Positions 29,824 to 40,015 are shown, numbered from the stretch's first letter. The stretch: DNA of 64,000 bases from an uncultured Veillonellaceae bacterium (GCA_963805085.1 CAWDTA010000002.1:1216001-1280000), one strand, 5' to 3'. Numbers and translations: made by a program. Notes: generated from the letters alone by a model not told the origin.

Positions 29824-30039
29824 CTATTGTTGGTTATTGTTACCTAAGGATGATTCATATTGTTCGATCATTTTACGAACCATACGACCACCAACGCGGC
29901 CACAATCGGCAGAAGTCATGGTGGACCAACCGTTTTGACGAACGGTGTCTGCAATACCTAATTCACTCGCGATTTCATATTTCATTTTGTCCATGGAATT
30001 CTGAGCTGCAGGATTAACAAGTTTGTTTGTTCTCGACAT
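29824..30039 (-). CDS. Alpha/beta-type small acid-soluble spore protein
   Basis: MKYEIASELG and CGRVGGRMVRKMI. RBS AAGGAGG precedes ATG 30039. Confidence 0.95.
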   Translation of the reverse strand: MSRTNKLVNPAAQNSMDKMKYEIASELGIADTVRQNGWSTMTSADCGRVGGRMVRKMIEQYESSLGNNNQQ

Positions 30040-30068
30040 GTTGTCACCTCCTTCTCGCGTTCTAAACC

Positions 30069-30098
30069 TATTATCTACAAAATGTAACAAGCTTATAC
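30069..30098 (-). promoter_or_regulatory. Putative sigma-G (forespore) promoter of the SASP gene
   Basis: GTATA-18nt-GATAATA on the minus strand. Confidence 0.55.
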
Positions 30099-30161
30099 TG
30101 AAAAAAATATATGTAAATTGTGGTATTTAACGGTGATTTGCCGAGAAAAGTTTTCCAAAGA

Positions 30162-30188
30162 GCAGGGAATAAGCAACGAATAGCGAAT
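30162..30188 (+). promoter_or_regulatory. Putative sigma-H promoter of the Spo0E-like gene
   Basis: GCAGGG-17nt-GAAT. Confidence 0.45.
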
Positions 30189-30280
30189 TTCTAAAAAATG
30201 GGATTATATAGTATTTTTAAGTGTTAATATGTAAAGACGTGCTGTTTAGTTAATTGCGGTTGGAAATGTGGGGTGTAGAT

Positions 30281-30448
30281 GTGTCTGAATTAAAAAAAAT
30301 TAATCAAGATATTGAACGGTTACGTGAACAGTTGCATAAGCTTGTATTAGAAAAAAAATGTCACTTCGTTGATGAGGAAGTAACTAGACTAAGTCAGCAA
30401 CTGGATATGCTAATTGTCAAACATGAAAAATCCAAGTTGACTAAATAG
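30281..30448 (+). CDS. Spo0E-family aspartyl-phosphate phosphatase
   Basis: IERLREQL...LSQQLD(M)LI, matching the SQELD-like signature; GTG start. Confidence 0.88.
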   Translation: MSELKKINQDIERLREQLHKLVLEKKCHFVDEEVTRLSQQLDMLIVKHEKSKLTK

Positions 30449-30500
30449 GGAGTATCTTTTTATCAATACTTTTAAGTTTATAGAGGAAATAGGAGATGGA

Positions 30501-31616
30501 GTGGAAATGCCGAATCGTGCAGTATGGGCAGAGGTGAATTTAGCCGCCATTAAGCATAATATTAGGGAAATCAAAAGTAAAGTGCAAGGCAATGCGAAAT
30601 TTTGTGCTGTTGTGAAAGCAAATGCTTATGGACATGGAGTGATTGCAGTCGCAAAAACTGCAATTGAAGCAGGTGCTGATTATTTAGCGGTGGCAATTTT
30701 AAATGAGGCACTGGAACTGAGACAGGCGGGTTTCTTAGAACCGATTTTGATTTTAGGGTTTACCCCGATTGATCAGGCGGAGCAAGTCGTTGAATACGAT
30801 ATTGAGCAAGCAGTGTTTACTGTGGAAGCAGCAGAAGCTCTATCGAAAGCTGCTGCATTGCAAAATAAGATGGCAAAAATTCATTTGAAGGTCGATACTG
30901 GGATGAGTCGCATTGGGATTATCCCCGAACAAGCGGGTGAATTAGCCAGCCAAATCCAAGCAATGCCAAATATTGAAATCGTGGGAATGTTTTCACATTT
31001 TGCGACTGCTGATAGTGAAGATAAATCCTTTGCTTACCAGCAATTAGCACAATTTAAAACAGCCATTGCCAGTGTTGAAAGTAAAGGCATTGATATTCCC
31101 ATAAAGCATATCGCCAATAGTGCGACAATTTTAGAAATTCCTGAGGCTCATTTTGATATGGTTCGCGCTGGCGTGATTCTTTATGGCTTATGGCCATCGG
31201 ATGAGGTTAAAAAAGATATTGATTTAAGACCGGCAATGCAGCTTAGAGCAAAAGTTGCTTATGTCAAAACGATGCCACCAAACCGTGGGATTAGTTACGG
31301 ACAAATCTTTCGGACAGAGAGGGAAAGTAAGATTGCTACGATTCCTATCGGCTATGCCGATGGTTGGACACGCCTGCTAACTGGTAAAGTTCGGGTGCAA
31401 ATTAATGATAAATTAGTGCCGATCGTCGGCAAAATTTGCATGGATCAATGTATGGCTGATATTACAGATGTTGGCGAAGTCAAAGTGGATGATGAAGTGG
31501 TGCTTTTTGGTAGTGAGCAAGTTACGATTGATGATATTGCAAACTTACTCGGCACCATCAATTATGAAATTGTTTGTATGGTTGGCAAACGTGTACCAAG
31601 AATTTACGTCAAATAA
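30501..31616 (+). CDS. alr: Alanine racemase
   Basis: AVVKANAYGHG (PLP Lys), HLKVDTGMSRIG, SHFA, SYG, PIGYADG and ICMDQ. Confidence 0.97.
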   Translation: MEMPNRAVWAEVNLAAIKHNIREIKSKVQGNAKFCAVVKANAYGHGVIAVAKTAIEAGADYLAVAILNEALELRQAGFLEPILILGFTPIDQAEQVVEYDIEQAVFTVEAAEALSKAAALQNKMAKIHLKVDTGMSRIGIIPEQAGELASQIQAMPNIEIVGMFSHFATADSEDKSFAYQQLAQFKTAIASVESKGIDIPIKHIANSATILEIPEAHFDMVRAGVILYGLWPSDEVKKDIDLRPAMQLRAKVAYVKTMPPNRGISYGQIFRTERESKIATIPIGYADGWTRLLTGKVRVQINDKLVPIVGKICMDQCMADITDVGEVKVDDEVVLFGSEQVTIDDIANLLGTINYEIVCMVGKRVPRIYVK

Positions 31617-31673
31617 GTTCATAATTAGAATTTTTGAGGTAGTCATTCTAATATTGGTATGGCTACCTTATTT

Positions 31674-32693
31674 TTATCGACTTATTATTAATTTAAATAA
31701 AATCCATAGTGTAGTATAGCCGAAGATGGGGAAAGTTATTGCTATGAGATCTTTAAAGCCGATTTCTGTAAAGAGTAGACTGATGGTTATAGTGATCGCT
31801 AGACAAACTGGATAAGGAAGATGCAGGATGCTTTTTATTTTTATTGCAGAGCTATACAAGCAACTTAGTGAGGTTGTAAACATCGCAATTACAAAAATGG
31901 CTGTATAAAAGATGGAATGTAATTTTACTTGGGTACAAGCGATGGTTAACATTGGAACTTCCGTGGTGATAATATCAGGGCAATGGATCACAATCGTGCA
32001 AGCAATCAGAAACGCAAGAAAGGCGAGCAAGAGTCCGCCAAGGAGACTGCCGAGTTTCCGAACTGTTTTGTCTGTGGTTGTTTTACCAAGCGGGATGAGT
32101 ATAGTCGTAGCTAGTATTATATTATAAGAAACGTATAAGATACAAGAGAGTAACCAGTGCGGAGCCGGCTGCAAAGAAAATGTGGCAGCCGTGGAAAAAA
32201 GATTGGAAAAGTCAGCATGATATGCAAGCGAGCTGCAGCTAACGATGAGAATAGCAAACGTTAAAAATGGTGTAGCAAGTAAATTGATTTTCGTAATGCC
32301 ACTGATGCCACCAAGCGAGAGTAACGTGATGGCAATAGCCAAGCTATAAGCACCGTAGATGTTCATCGTATCAGCGGCAGCTAGCATAATGACTAAAACG
32401 GTGAAAATAAAAAGTGAAATAGCGATATCAAAAAATATGCCAAGCTTTTTACCGCATAATTTATAAATCAGCTCGGGGTAAGAAGATAATTGATAGCGAT
32501 AACTAATCGCTAATAAGCGGTAGCCAAGCCAAGAAAATAAAATACCAGCAAATAAGATACCGTATAAGCCAAAACTGCCATAGGTAATAAAAAATTGCAG
32601 AAGTTCTTGACCAGAAGCAAAGCCGGCGCCGATAATCGTACCAGCGAATGTTAAGGCAACTTTTATAATTTCCTTTATTGAAGTGTTTTTCAT
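31674..32693 (-). CDS. YkvI-family membrane protein
   Basis: GTIIGAGFASGQELLQFF, YVSYN and multiple TM helices. Confidence 0.88.
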   Translation of the reverse strand: MKNTSIKEIIKVALTFAGTIIGAGFASGQELLQFFITYGSFGLYGILFAGILFSWLGYRLLAISYRYQLSSYPELIYKLCGKKLGIFFDIAISLFIFTVLVIMLAAADTMNIYGAYSLAIAITLLSLGGISGITKINLLATPFLTFAILIVSCSSLAYHADFSNLFSTAATFSLQPAPHWLLSCILYVSYNIILATTILIPLGKTTTDKTVRKLGSLLGGLLLAFLAFLIACTIVIHCPDIITTEVPMLTIACTQVKLHSIFYTAIFVIAMFTTSLSCLYSSAIKIKSILHLPYPVCLAITITISLLFTEIGFKDLIAITFPIFGYTTLWILFKLIISR

Positions 32694-32922
32694 AAAAACC
32701 TCCAAGCAATAGTTTTTTATTTTTTAGTTTAGAATCAGAGCAACTATAAATTATATGTGAAAAGATAACAGGATAGGTATAATTGTTTTTGTAAATATTT
32801 AATGGCTTAGTTTGACAGTTTTTTGGTTAAAATATATAATTAATAAATATTGTATTAGTGAAATATAAGATTTCAGGGCGTGGTGTAAACTGTGTTTTTA
32901 AATATGGAGGTCGTAGAAAGAA

Positions 32923-34194
32923 ATGCTTGATATTAAATTTGTCAGAGATAACCCAGAAAAAGTACAGGAAGCTCTTAAAAATCGTGGCAATTCCATGACT
33001 TTGGATGCATTCCTAGAACTAGAAAAAGAACGTCGTCAGATTCTTGGTGAGGTAGAAAATCTCAAAAGCAAACGTAACGCTGTGTCACAACAAATCAGCG
33101 TAATGAAGAAAAATAAAGAGAATGCTGCTGATCTTGTACTCGAGATGCGCCAAGTTGGTGAAGAAATCAGTAAACTTGATGCACTCTTAAAAGAAGTAGA
33201 AGCGTCTTTAAAAGATATTATGTTAAGTATTCCGAATGTACCAAATGAAGTAGTTCCTATTGGAAAAAATGAAAATGATAATCCAGAGATTCGTCGTTGG
33301 GGTGAGTATCCTAAATTTGATTTTGAACCTAAGGCACATTGGGATATTGGTGAACGATTAGGTATCTTAGATCCAGAACGGGCAGCAAAAGTAACGGGAG
33401 CACGCTTTACATTTTATAAAGGTCTAGGAGCGAGATTAGAACGTGCTGTGATTAACTTTATGTTAGATCTACATACAGGTCAGCACGGCTATACAGAAAT
33501 GCTTACGCCGTTTATTGCCAATAAAGATAGTATGACTGGTACTGGCCAATTGCCAAAGTTTGCCGAAGATATGTTTAAGCTAGAAGGGCTTGACTATTAT
33601 TTGATTCCAACGGCGGAAGTGCCAGTAACGAACTATTATCGTAGTGAAATTCTTGATGGTAAAGAATTACCTAAATACTATAGTGCGTATAGTGCTTGTT
33701 TTAGAGCAGAAGCAGGTTCTGCTGGACGCGATACACGTGGTCTAATTCGCCAGCATCAGTTTAATAAAGTAGAACTTGTGAAATTTGTGAAACCAGAAGA
33801 TTCTTATGAGGAATTAGAAAAATTAACAAATAACGCTGAACGTGTGTTGCAATTATTAAATTTACCTTATCGGGTGATTCTTCTTTGCACAGGAGATATG
33901 GGGTTTAGTTCGGCGAAGACTTACGATATTGAAGTATGGTTACCAAGCTTCAATATGTATCGTGAAATTTCTTCGTGTTCAAATTTTGAAGATTACCAGG
34001 CACGCCGTGCGGATATCAAGTTCCGCCGTGAAGCAAAGGCAAAACCAGAATATGTACACACATTGAATGGATCTGGGCTGGCAATCGGGCGGACCGTAGC
34101 TGCAATTTTAGAAAATTATCAACAAGCCGATGGATCGGTAGTGATTCCAGAAGCATTGCGTTCATACATGGGTACAGATATCATAAAAGCGTAA
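32923..34194 (+). CDS. serS: Seryl-tRNA synthetase
   Basis: [44 protein letters not shown] and [11 protein letters not shown]. Confidence 0.98.
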   Translation: MLDIKFVRDNPEKVQEALKNRGNSMTLDAFLELEKERRQILGEVENLKSKRNAVSQQISVMKKNKENAADLVLEMRQVGEEISKLDALLKEVEASLKDIMLSIPNVPNEVVPIGKNENDNPEIRRWGEYPKFDFEPKAHWDIGERLGILDPERAAKVTGARFTFYKGLGARLERAVINFMLDLHTGQHGYTEMLTPFIANKDSMTGTGQLPKFAEDMFKLEGLDYYLIPTAEVPVTNYYRSEILDGKELPKYYSAYSACFRAEAGSAGRDTRGLIRQHQFNKVELVKFVKPEDSYEELEKLTNNAERVLQLLNLPYRVILLCTGDMGFSSAKTYDIEVWLPSFNMYREISSCSNFEDYQARRADIKFRREAKAKPEYVHTLNGSGLAIGRTVAAILENYQQADGSVVIPEALRSYMGTDIIKA

Positions 34195-34226
34195 CAAGGT
34201 GATAGATTAAAGGGGAGTAACAATTT

Positions 34227-34487
34227 ATGTCATATATTTATCAAACACAAGGTACTTGCTCTAAACAAATTACGATAGAATTAGATGATAACATCATTAA
34301 AAAAGTCGAATTTCTTGGTGGTTGTAATGGTAATTTAAATGGTATTTCTAGTTTGGTGGTAGGAATGTCGATTGAGCGAGTGATCGAAAGATTCGCTGGT
34401 ACAACTTGCGGTCCGCGGAGCACTTCTTGTCCAGATCAATTGGCGATTGCCTTAAAAGAAGCCTATGAAGCAAGTAAAACAAAATAA
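34227..34487 (+). CDS. TSCPD-domain small protein (TIGR03905-like)
   Basis: GTCS, GGCNGN and CGPRSTSCPDQLA. Confidence 0.9.
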   Translation: MSYIYQTQGTCSKQITIELDDNIIKKVEFLGGCNGNLNGISSLVVGMSIERVIERFAGTTCGPRSTSCPDQLAIALKEAYEASKTK

Positions 34488-34503
34488 ATAAATGTAATCC
34501 AGA

Positions 34504-34541
34504 GCAAGGCTGTTCACAAACAATGTGGCAGCCTTGTTTTT
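34504..34541 (+). terminator. Intrinsic terminator
   Basis: CAAGGCTG...CAGCCTTG followed by a U-tract. Confidence 0.7.
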
Positions 34542-34569
34542 ATATCGTTTACAATTTCCTGTAATTATA

Positions 34570-34598
34570 TTGACATTAATAATCATTCTTAATAAAAT
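34570..34598 (+). promoter_or_regulatory. feo promoter with a Fur box between -35 and -10
   Basis: TTGACA-17-TAAAAT enclosing ATTAATAATCATTCTTAAT. Confidence 0.75.
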
Positions 34599-34683
34599 AA
34601 GGACTACATCTTCGACTTCGAAAATAAATTGGGTATAAAGCCTTTCATTTATAGCACTGTTAGATGAGTAAGTGGGTGAAAAA

Positions 34684-34902
34684 ATGACATTGGATAAAGT
34701 CCTGCGTGGACAGCATGTTAAGATTGTTGCAATTCCTGATGAACAAGTAAGGGTGCAAGCAATTCGGTTTGGCATTTCTATTGGTTCTACAGTAGAGTGC
34801 GCTGAAAAAATAATTGGCGGACCGATTGTATTAGTCCGAGGAAAGCAAGAAATTGCGATTGGTAGGGAATTATCAAAGCGAATCAAGATTGAGTTGGTAT
34901 AA
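34684..34902 (+). CDS. feoA: Ferrous iron transport protein A
   Basis: RFGISIG, GGPI and EIAIGRELS; immediately upstream of feoB. Confidence 0.92.
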   Translation: MTLDKVLRGQHVKIVAIPDEQVRVQAIRFGISIGSTVECAEKIIGGPIVLVRGKQEIAIGRELSKRIKIELV

Positions 34903-34931
34903 AAGCTGTCAAGTGACAAAGAGGTGATGGT

Positions 34932-36776
34932 ATGGGATGTCATAGTGAAGCTCAGGATATTGAAATCCCTAAGTATGCAAAAAAAATTGTTTTAGTAGGA
35001 AATCCGAATGTTGGTAAATCGGTATTTTTTAATGCCTTAACTGGCATTTATGTAGATGTTTCTAATTTTCCAGGAACGACTGTTGATATTTCGCATGGGA
35101 AATTTGGTAATGATATTGTTCTTGATACGCCAGGGGTGTATGGGATCTCTTCGTTTAATGACGAAGAAAAGGTAGCGCGTGACGTTATTTTAGCAGCAGA
35201 TATGATTGTGAATGTTGTCGATGCTGTTCACTTGGAGCGAGATTTATTTTTAACGATGCAAGTCATTCATACAGGGATACCTATCCTTGTTGTATTGAAT
35301 ATGATGGATGATGCCAAAGCACAAGGGGTTAAAATTGATTTGAAATTATTAGAAGAAGCCTTGGGTGTGCCTGTTGTGCCAGCGGTCGCGGTGAAAGGAA
35401 TTGGTGTTGAAAATGTAAAGGCTAAATTATATGAAGCGCGGATCGGTATAGTAACGCCTAGTGTGCAAGCAGAGATAGAGCCGTTTATTACGGCTACTTG
35501 CCTGCAAGCGGATGCTCTTTTAATTGCTGAGGGTGATCATCATGTCGCTAAAAGACATAGGGTAAAACCGGGCAAGATGCGTGAATACATTTATCAAGCT
35601 CGGCGCGAACAGGTGAATCAGGTAGTGGCAGAGGTAGTTAGTTATACAGCGAGTGGTGCTAACCTTTCCACGAAAATTGGCAGAGCTATGTTAATGCCTG
35701 TCACTGGTGCAATTATTTTTATGGCTGCATTGACACTGATGTATTATGTGATTGGGGTCTTTGTGGCGCAAGATGTTGTTGATATCACCGAAAAGCAGAT
35801 GATGAAGGGCGTCTATGAGCCTTTTGTTCGCTTTATGATTGGGCAGTCTATTCCAGAAAAATCAATACTAGGTGCATATTTGATTGGTGAATTTGGTATT
35901 TTAACGATGACGGTCACGTATGTATTTGGTTTATTATTACCGCTAGTACTAGGCTTTTATTTTATTCTTTCCATTATGGAGGACTCTGGTTATTTACCAC
36001 GACTGGCAACTTTGGTTGACCGTTTTATGAATATGGTTGGTTTAAATGGTCGAGCGGTTATTCCCATGATTCTTGGTTTTGGTTGTGTTACGATGGCAAC
36101 CATTTCAACAAGGTTACTTGGTTCTGAACGTGAGCGTACCATAGCTGTGTCCTTACTTGGATTAGCGATACCCTGCTCGGCGCAATTAGGGGTTATTGCT
36201 GGACTGCTTGCTGGTATTGGCAGCCAATATATTGTTTTATATTTATTAGTCATGCTGATTACTTTAGGCTTGGTTGGCAAGGTATTGCACAGCGTATTGC
36301 CAGGCAAGCCGACGGATCTGTTGATTGATTTACCACCGATCCGTTTGCCGCGCATTGGTAATGTGACAACAAAGATGGTTACCAAATCTTATGCTTTCAT
36401 CAAAGAGGCAACACCGATTTTTGCCTTGGGCGCCTTGATTGTCACAACGTTACAAGTGACTAACTCACTATATTATATTCAAGACTGGCTATCACCCTTG
36501 ACGACAGGCGTGTTAAAGTTGCCACGGGAGACGGCAAATGTGTTTATAATGGGGTTGATTCGCCGTGATTTTGGCGCAGCAGGGCTTACAGGGATGGATC
36601 TTGACCCAGCACAGTTGATTGTCGCATTAATTACGATTACATTGTTTGTCCCCTGCATTGCATCGGTTATTGTCATGTTCAAAGAGCGTGGCAAGCTAGA
36701 AGGGCTGCTGATTTGGTTTGGTTCTTGGGCAGCAGCATTTACCATTGGTGGTATTGTTGCACAATTGGTGATATGA
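34932..36776 (+). CDS. feoB: Ferrous iron transport protein B
   Basis: GNPNVGKS, NFPGTTV, DTPG, NMMD, EDSGYLPR, GFGC and IPCSAQ. Confidence 0.97.
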   Translation: MGCHSEAQDIEIPKYAKKIVLVGNPNVGKSVFFNALTGIYVDVSNFPGTTVDISHGKFGNDIVLDTPGVYGISSFNDEEKVARDVILAADMIVNVVDAVHLERDLFLTMQVIHTGIPILVVLNMMDDAKAQGVKIDLKLLEEALGVPVVPAVAVKGIGVENVKAKLYEARIGIVTPSVQAEIEPFITATCLQADALLIAEGDHHVAKRHRVKPGKMREYIYQARREQVNQVVAEVVSYTASGANLSTKIGRAMLMPVTGAIIFMAALTLMYYVIGVFVAQDVVDITEKQMMKGVYEPFVRFMIGQSIPEKSILGAYLIGEFGILTMTVTYVFGLLLPLVLGFYFILSIMEDSGYLPRLATLVDRFMNMVGLNGRAVIPMILGFGCVTMATISTRLLGSERERTIAVSLLGLAIPCSAQLGVIAGLLAGIGSQYIVLYLLVMLITLGLVGKVLHSVLPGKPTDLLIDLPPIRLPRIGNVTTKMVTKSYAFIKEATPIFALGALIVTTLQVTNSLYYIQDWLSPLTTGVLKLPRETANVFIMGLIRRDFGAAGLTGMDLDPAQLIVALITITLFVPCIASVIVMFKERGKLEGLLIWFGSWAAAFTIGGIVAQLVI

Positions 36777-36934
36777 TGAGAAAAAACGATGCACTTCAAT
36801 GCTCGCAATGTGGCAATATCATTACAGATAAAACAACGATTCGCTGTCCTCGTTGTAATCAATTATTAGTATTGCCTTGCAAGGGACGCTGTAGCCTGTG
36901 TAGTGTAAAAACTTGCAAAGATGATGAGGCATAA
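36773..36934 (+). CDS. 53-aa Cys-rich protein translationally coupled to feoB
   Basis: ATGA overlap with the feoB stop; CSQC...CPRC...CKGRCSLC...C (8 Cys). Confidence 0.7.
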   Translation: MMRKNDALQCSQCGNIITDKTTIRCPRCNQLLVLPCKGRCSLCSVKTCKDDEA

Positions 36935-37131
36935 GTAAAGAGCAGATGGTATGCAACGAATCATCTGCTTTTATTGACAGCTAAGAGTATTTATTATAAC
37001 AGTTTTTTGATTTTAATTGCTTAAGAAAAACTAAAAAAGTGTCGATATATTATTAATTGATATATTTTCATGTTTTACCTAAATATCTCAAGGGATGATA
37101 GCATTGATGATTTTTCTAAGGGGAAAGACAA

Positions 37132-37908
37132 ATGATATTTGATACACATGTACATACGAATTTTTCTTCAGACTCAAAAATGCTTTTGCCCGATGCGCTT
37201 GCTAGGGCAAAAGAAGTTGGTATGGGCTTGATCACGACAGAGCATATGGATTTGTTATATCCAGAGAGTGGTCAATTTATTTTTGATGTCGATCAATATT
37301 TTGCTGACTATGAACAATATCGAAGTGAGCAGCTACTGCTCGGAATTGAGGTTGGCATGCAATTAGAATGTCTTGAGGAGAATGCTAAGATTGTCAAAAA
37401 AAATAATTTTGATTATGTTCTAGGTTCTATCCACCTCGTAGACGGCATAGATATTTACTATGATGTTTTTTATGAAAAGCGTACAAAGTTGGAAACCTAT
37501 GCGCGCTATTTTGAAGCGATGGCTAGCTGTGTAAAAGAGCATTCGTTTATTGATGCGTTAGGGCATATCGACTATATTGCCCGTTATGCAAAGTATGAAG
37601 ATACAGAAATTTATTATCATGAGTTCCAAGAGAACATTGATGATATTTTAAAATATACGATAAAAAATGATATTGTATTGGAGCTAAATACTCGGCGATT
37701 TGGCGATAGAACTGTAATTAAAGCATTGACGCCCATTTATAAACGTTATTATGAATTGGGTGGAAGATTTGCAACTATTGGCTCCGATGCTCATAATCAA
37801 AAGGATATTGGCAGTCACTTTAAGCTTGCCAGGGAATTTGTAGAACAGTGCCATTTGCAACTGGTCTATTTTAAAAGTAGAAGCCCTGAATATATGGTGG
37901 AAAAATAA
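37132..37908 (+). CDS. PHP-family histidinol-phosphatase-like protein (HisJ/HisK family)
   Basis: DTHVHT, TEH, GIEVG, GSIH, GHID and GSDAH. Confidence 0.85.
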   Translation: MIFDTHVHTNFSSDSKMLLPDALARAKEVGMGLITTEHMDLLYPESGQFIFDVDQYFADYEQYRSEQLLLGIEVGMQLECLEENAKIVKKNNFDYVLGSIHLVDGIDIYYDVFYEKRTKLETYARYFEAMASCVKEHSFIDALGHIDYIARYAKYEDTEIYYHEFQENIDDILKYTIKNDIVLELNTRRFGDRTVIKALTPIYKRYYELGGRFATIGSDAHNQKDIGSHFKLAREFVEQCHLQLVYFKSRSPEYMVEK

Positions 37909-37946
37909 CGGCTAAAGTAAAGTTATTGTGATGAGGGGATAGTAGC

Positions 37947-38621
37947 GTGAAACATACATTATTTCGTAATGCCAACTATGTTATGGGGATACTAGGCCTT
38001 TTCTTAGGGGGAGGTATGTATGGGCTTACTAAAGCGATTCAAGTTGGTCTATTGGCGATACCAGAGAGTGTCGTGTGGATATGTTTTACAGCTATGCTGG
38101 TTTTTGTTGGCTTGATTAATGGTAAGATGATTAGCCTCTTGCATCAGTGGGCCTATCGTGATTTTTTGACAGGAGTGTGGAATCGTAAGTATTTCACTTA
38201 TCGAATTAAAAAAGAAATGCTCGGTAAAAAGCAGACTAAGCAATCGTTATGCTTGGCTTTAGTTGATTTGGATAATTTCAAACGGGTTAATGATACGTAT
38301 GGCCATGGCGTTGGTGATAAAGTCATCAAGCAAGTTGCAAATGTCTTGATGACAAATGTTCGTTACACCGATTTGGTGGTGAGACTTGGCGGTGATGAAT
38401 TTGCCATCATTTTCCCTGGTACGGAAATCAAAAAAGCAAAGATAATTTCCGAGCGTATTCGTAAAATGGTCGACACCCGCTGTGAGCATGTAACAGTAAG
38501 CGTTGGTCTGGTAGAAGTTAATGATACAATCAATGTTTCCGAAGTGATGGATTTGGTTGATTCGGTATTATACAAAGCGAAACTTTCTAAAAACTCTGTC
38601 ATTACGATGGTGGCTGGTTAA
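37947..38621 (+). CDS. Membrane-anchored diguanylate cyclase
   Basis: Two TM helices, DFLTG, DLDNFKRVNDTYGH, RYTD I-site and RLGGDEF. Confidence 0.93.
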   Translation: MKHTLFRNANYVMGILGLFLGGGMYGLTKAIQVGLLAIPESVVWICFTAMLVFVGLINGKMISLLHQWAYRDFLTGVWNRKYFTYRIKKEMLGKKQTKQSLCLALVDLDNFKRVNDTYGHGVGDKVIKQVANVLMTNVRYTDLVVRLGGDEFAIIFPGTEIKKAKIISERIRKMVDTRCEHVTVSVGLVEVNDTINVSEVMDLVDSVLYKAKLSKNSVITMVAG

Positions 38622-38652
38622 CGGAAAAATCAATTGGCGTGAACAAATACAC

Positions 38653-38695
38653 AAAAGAGACTGTCTCAAAATAAAATTTTGAGACAGTCTCTTTT
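38653..38695. terminator. Bidirectional terminator
   Basis: 20-bp perfect inverted repeat AAAAGAGACTGTCTCAAAAT/ATTTTGAGACAGTCTCTTTT. Confidence 0.8.
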
Positions 38696-38772
38696 CTTAT
38701 GGGCTAAGTCTGCTATTTTGTATTGCCTTGTAATTATGACTCAACTCCAGAAATTTTGAGCAAAGATCAAAT

Positions 38773-39537
38773 CTAATTAGGTGCTGAATGGATTAGGGCA
38801 ACATTGTGTTTTTGAAAATAGTCTATATATTCTTTGTCGGGCTCTTTATCTGTAATAAAATAGTCAAGATTCTTCAATGGACAGAACGTCATAAGTGAAA
38901 CGGTTCCTGCTTTTGAAGAATCAACGAGTAATATTTTTGTACAATTTTTTTCGGTTAAATACCGCTTAATTTCACATTCGAGCGGCGAAGCATTTGTTGC
39001 ACCATTTTCAATTGAAAAGCCAGTCGAGGCGAGAAATGTTTTTGAAATGTTGTAGGTTTTTAAGCAGTTGATAACACTTGCACCGACAAAAGCGTTTGAC
39101 GGCCGATAGAGTGAACCACCTGTAGCAATGATGTTCATCTGATTGTAAGAGAACGCAGCATTGATGACATGAACGCTAGCAGTGATAATAGTTAGATTTT
39201 TTTTCTCTGCTAGATAAGGAATCATGTGCATTGTCGTTGTGCCAGAATCAATATAGATAACATCACCATCATCGACAAGGTTACTAGCCAACTTGGCAAT
39301 CTGTTTCTTTTGTGTCTGGTTTTTGATCTGACGCGCGGCAAATGGTTCGGGACTATCGTTTTGGTTGAGCATAATGCCACCGTAGACTTTCTTAATAGAC
39401 CCACGGTTTTCTAATTCCGCAATATCACGGCGAATAGTGTTTTTTGAGACTTCAAATATTTCGCAGAGTTTATTGATAGAAATGTTGTTTGATTCTTTTA
39501 AAATTTCTTCAATCTTATTTAAGCGATTTATTTTCAT
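38773..39537 (-). CDS. iolR: DeoR-family inositol catabolism repressor
   Basis: VSKNTIRRDI HTH and IDSGTT; divergent from the iol operon. Confidence 0.85.
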   Translation of the reverse strand: MKINRLNKIEEILKESNNISINKLCEIFEVSKNTIRRDIAELENRGSIKKVYGGIMLNQNDSPEPFAARQIKNQTQKKQIAKLASNLVDDGDVIYIDSGTTTMHMIPYLAEKKNLTIITASVHVINAAFSYNQMNIIATGGSLYRPSNAFVGASVINCLKTYNISKTFLASTGFSIENGATNASPLECEIKRYLTEKNCTKILLVDSSKAGTVSLMTFCPLKNLDYFITDKEPDKEYIDYFQKHNVALIHSAPN

Positions 39538-39902
39538 TATTCATCACATCCAATATCTTATTAACTCACAATTTGACAAACAATAATATACTCAAAATAT
39601 ATACAAAAAATAAGCATATTTTGAGTATGTTACCAATAATCCAATTATAAAACTCATCAAAGAAATAAACAAGTAGTTTTTTGAATTTATAATAAAAATT
39701 TTAAAATAAAAGCTTAATTTTAAAAACAGGTAGAGGGTTTTATAGAAAGTTTGAAATAGGTAGCTTCTATCAAAAAAAAGGAATTTACAAAAAACAAAAA
39801 TAATTTATTGCATAGAAAAAGGATATAAATTCTTTGTTGTGATAAACAATAAGAAATAGTCGAAATTTATATAAAAAAATTTTTATAAATGAGAAAAACC
39901 TA

Positions 39903-39987
39903 TTGACAAAAGATTAGAAATATATTAATTTATAACCAAGAGGTAATCAACACATAATCAAAAACATATCATAATATAATCAAATTA
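39903..39987 (+). promoter_or_regulatory. iol operon promoter with five tandem 11-mer IolR-type operators
   Basis: TTGACA at 39903, then in 11-nt phase: TAACCAAGAGG, TAATCAACACA, TAATCAAAAAC, ATATCATAATA, TAATCAAATTA. These resemble the B. subtilis IolR direct repeat WRAYCAADARD. Confidence 0.7.
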
Positions 39988-40015
39988 AGAAAAAAGAAAC
40001 GAGGTAATAGGTATT

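Noticed and set aside
32872-32895. CAGGGCGTGGTGTAA looks like a tRNA 5' end
   Set aside because: No T-arm (GTTCRA), anticodon arm or acceptor-stem complement follows.
37132-37908. HisJ-like PHP phosphatase as part of the inositol system
   Set aside because: It is separated from iolR by a GGDEF gene and a strong bidirectional terminator, with no IolR-type repeats upstream.
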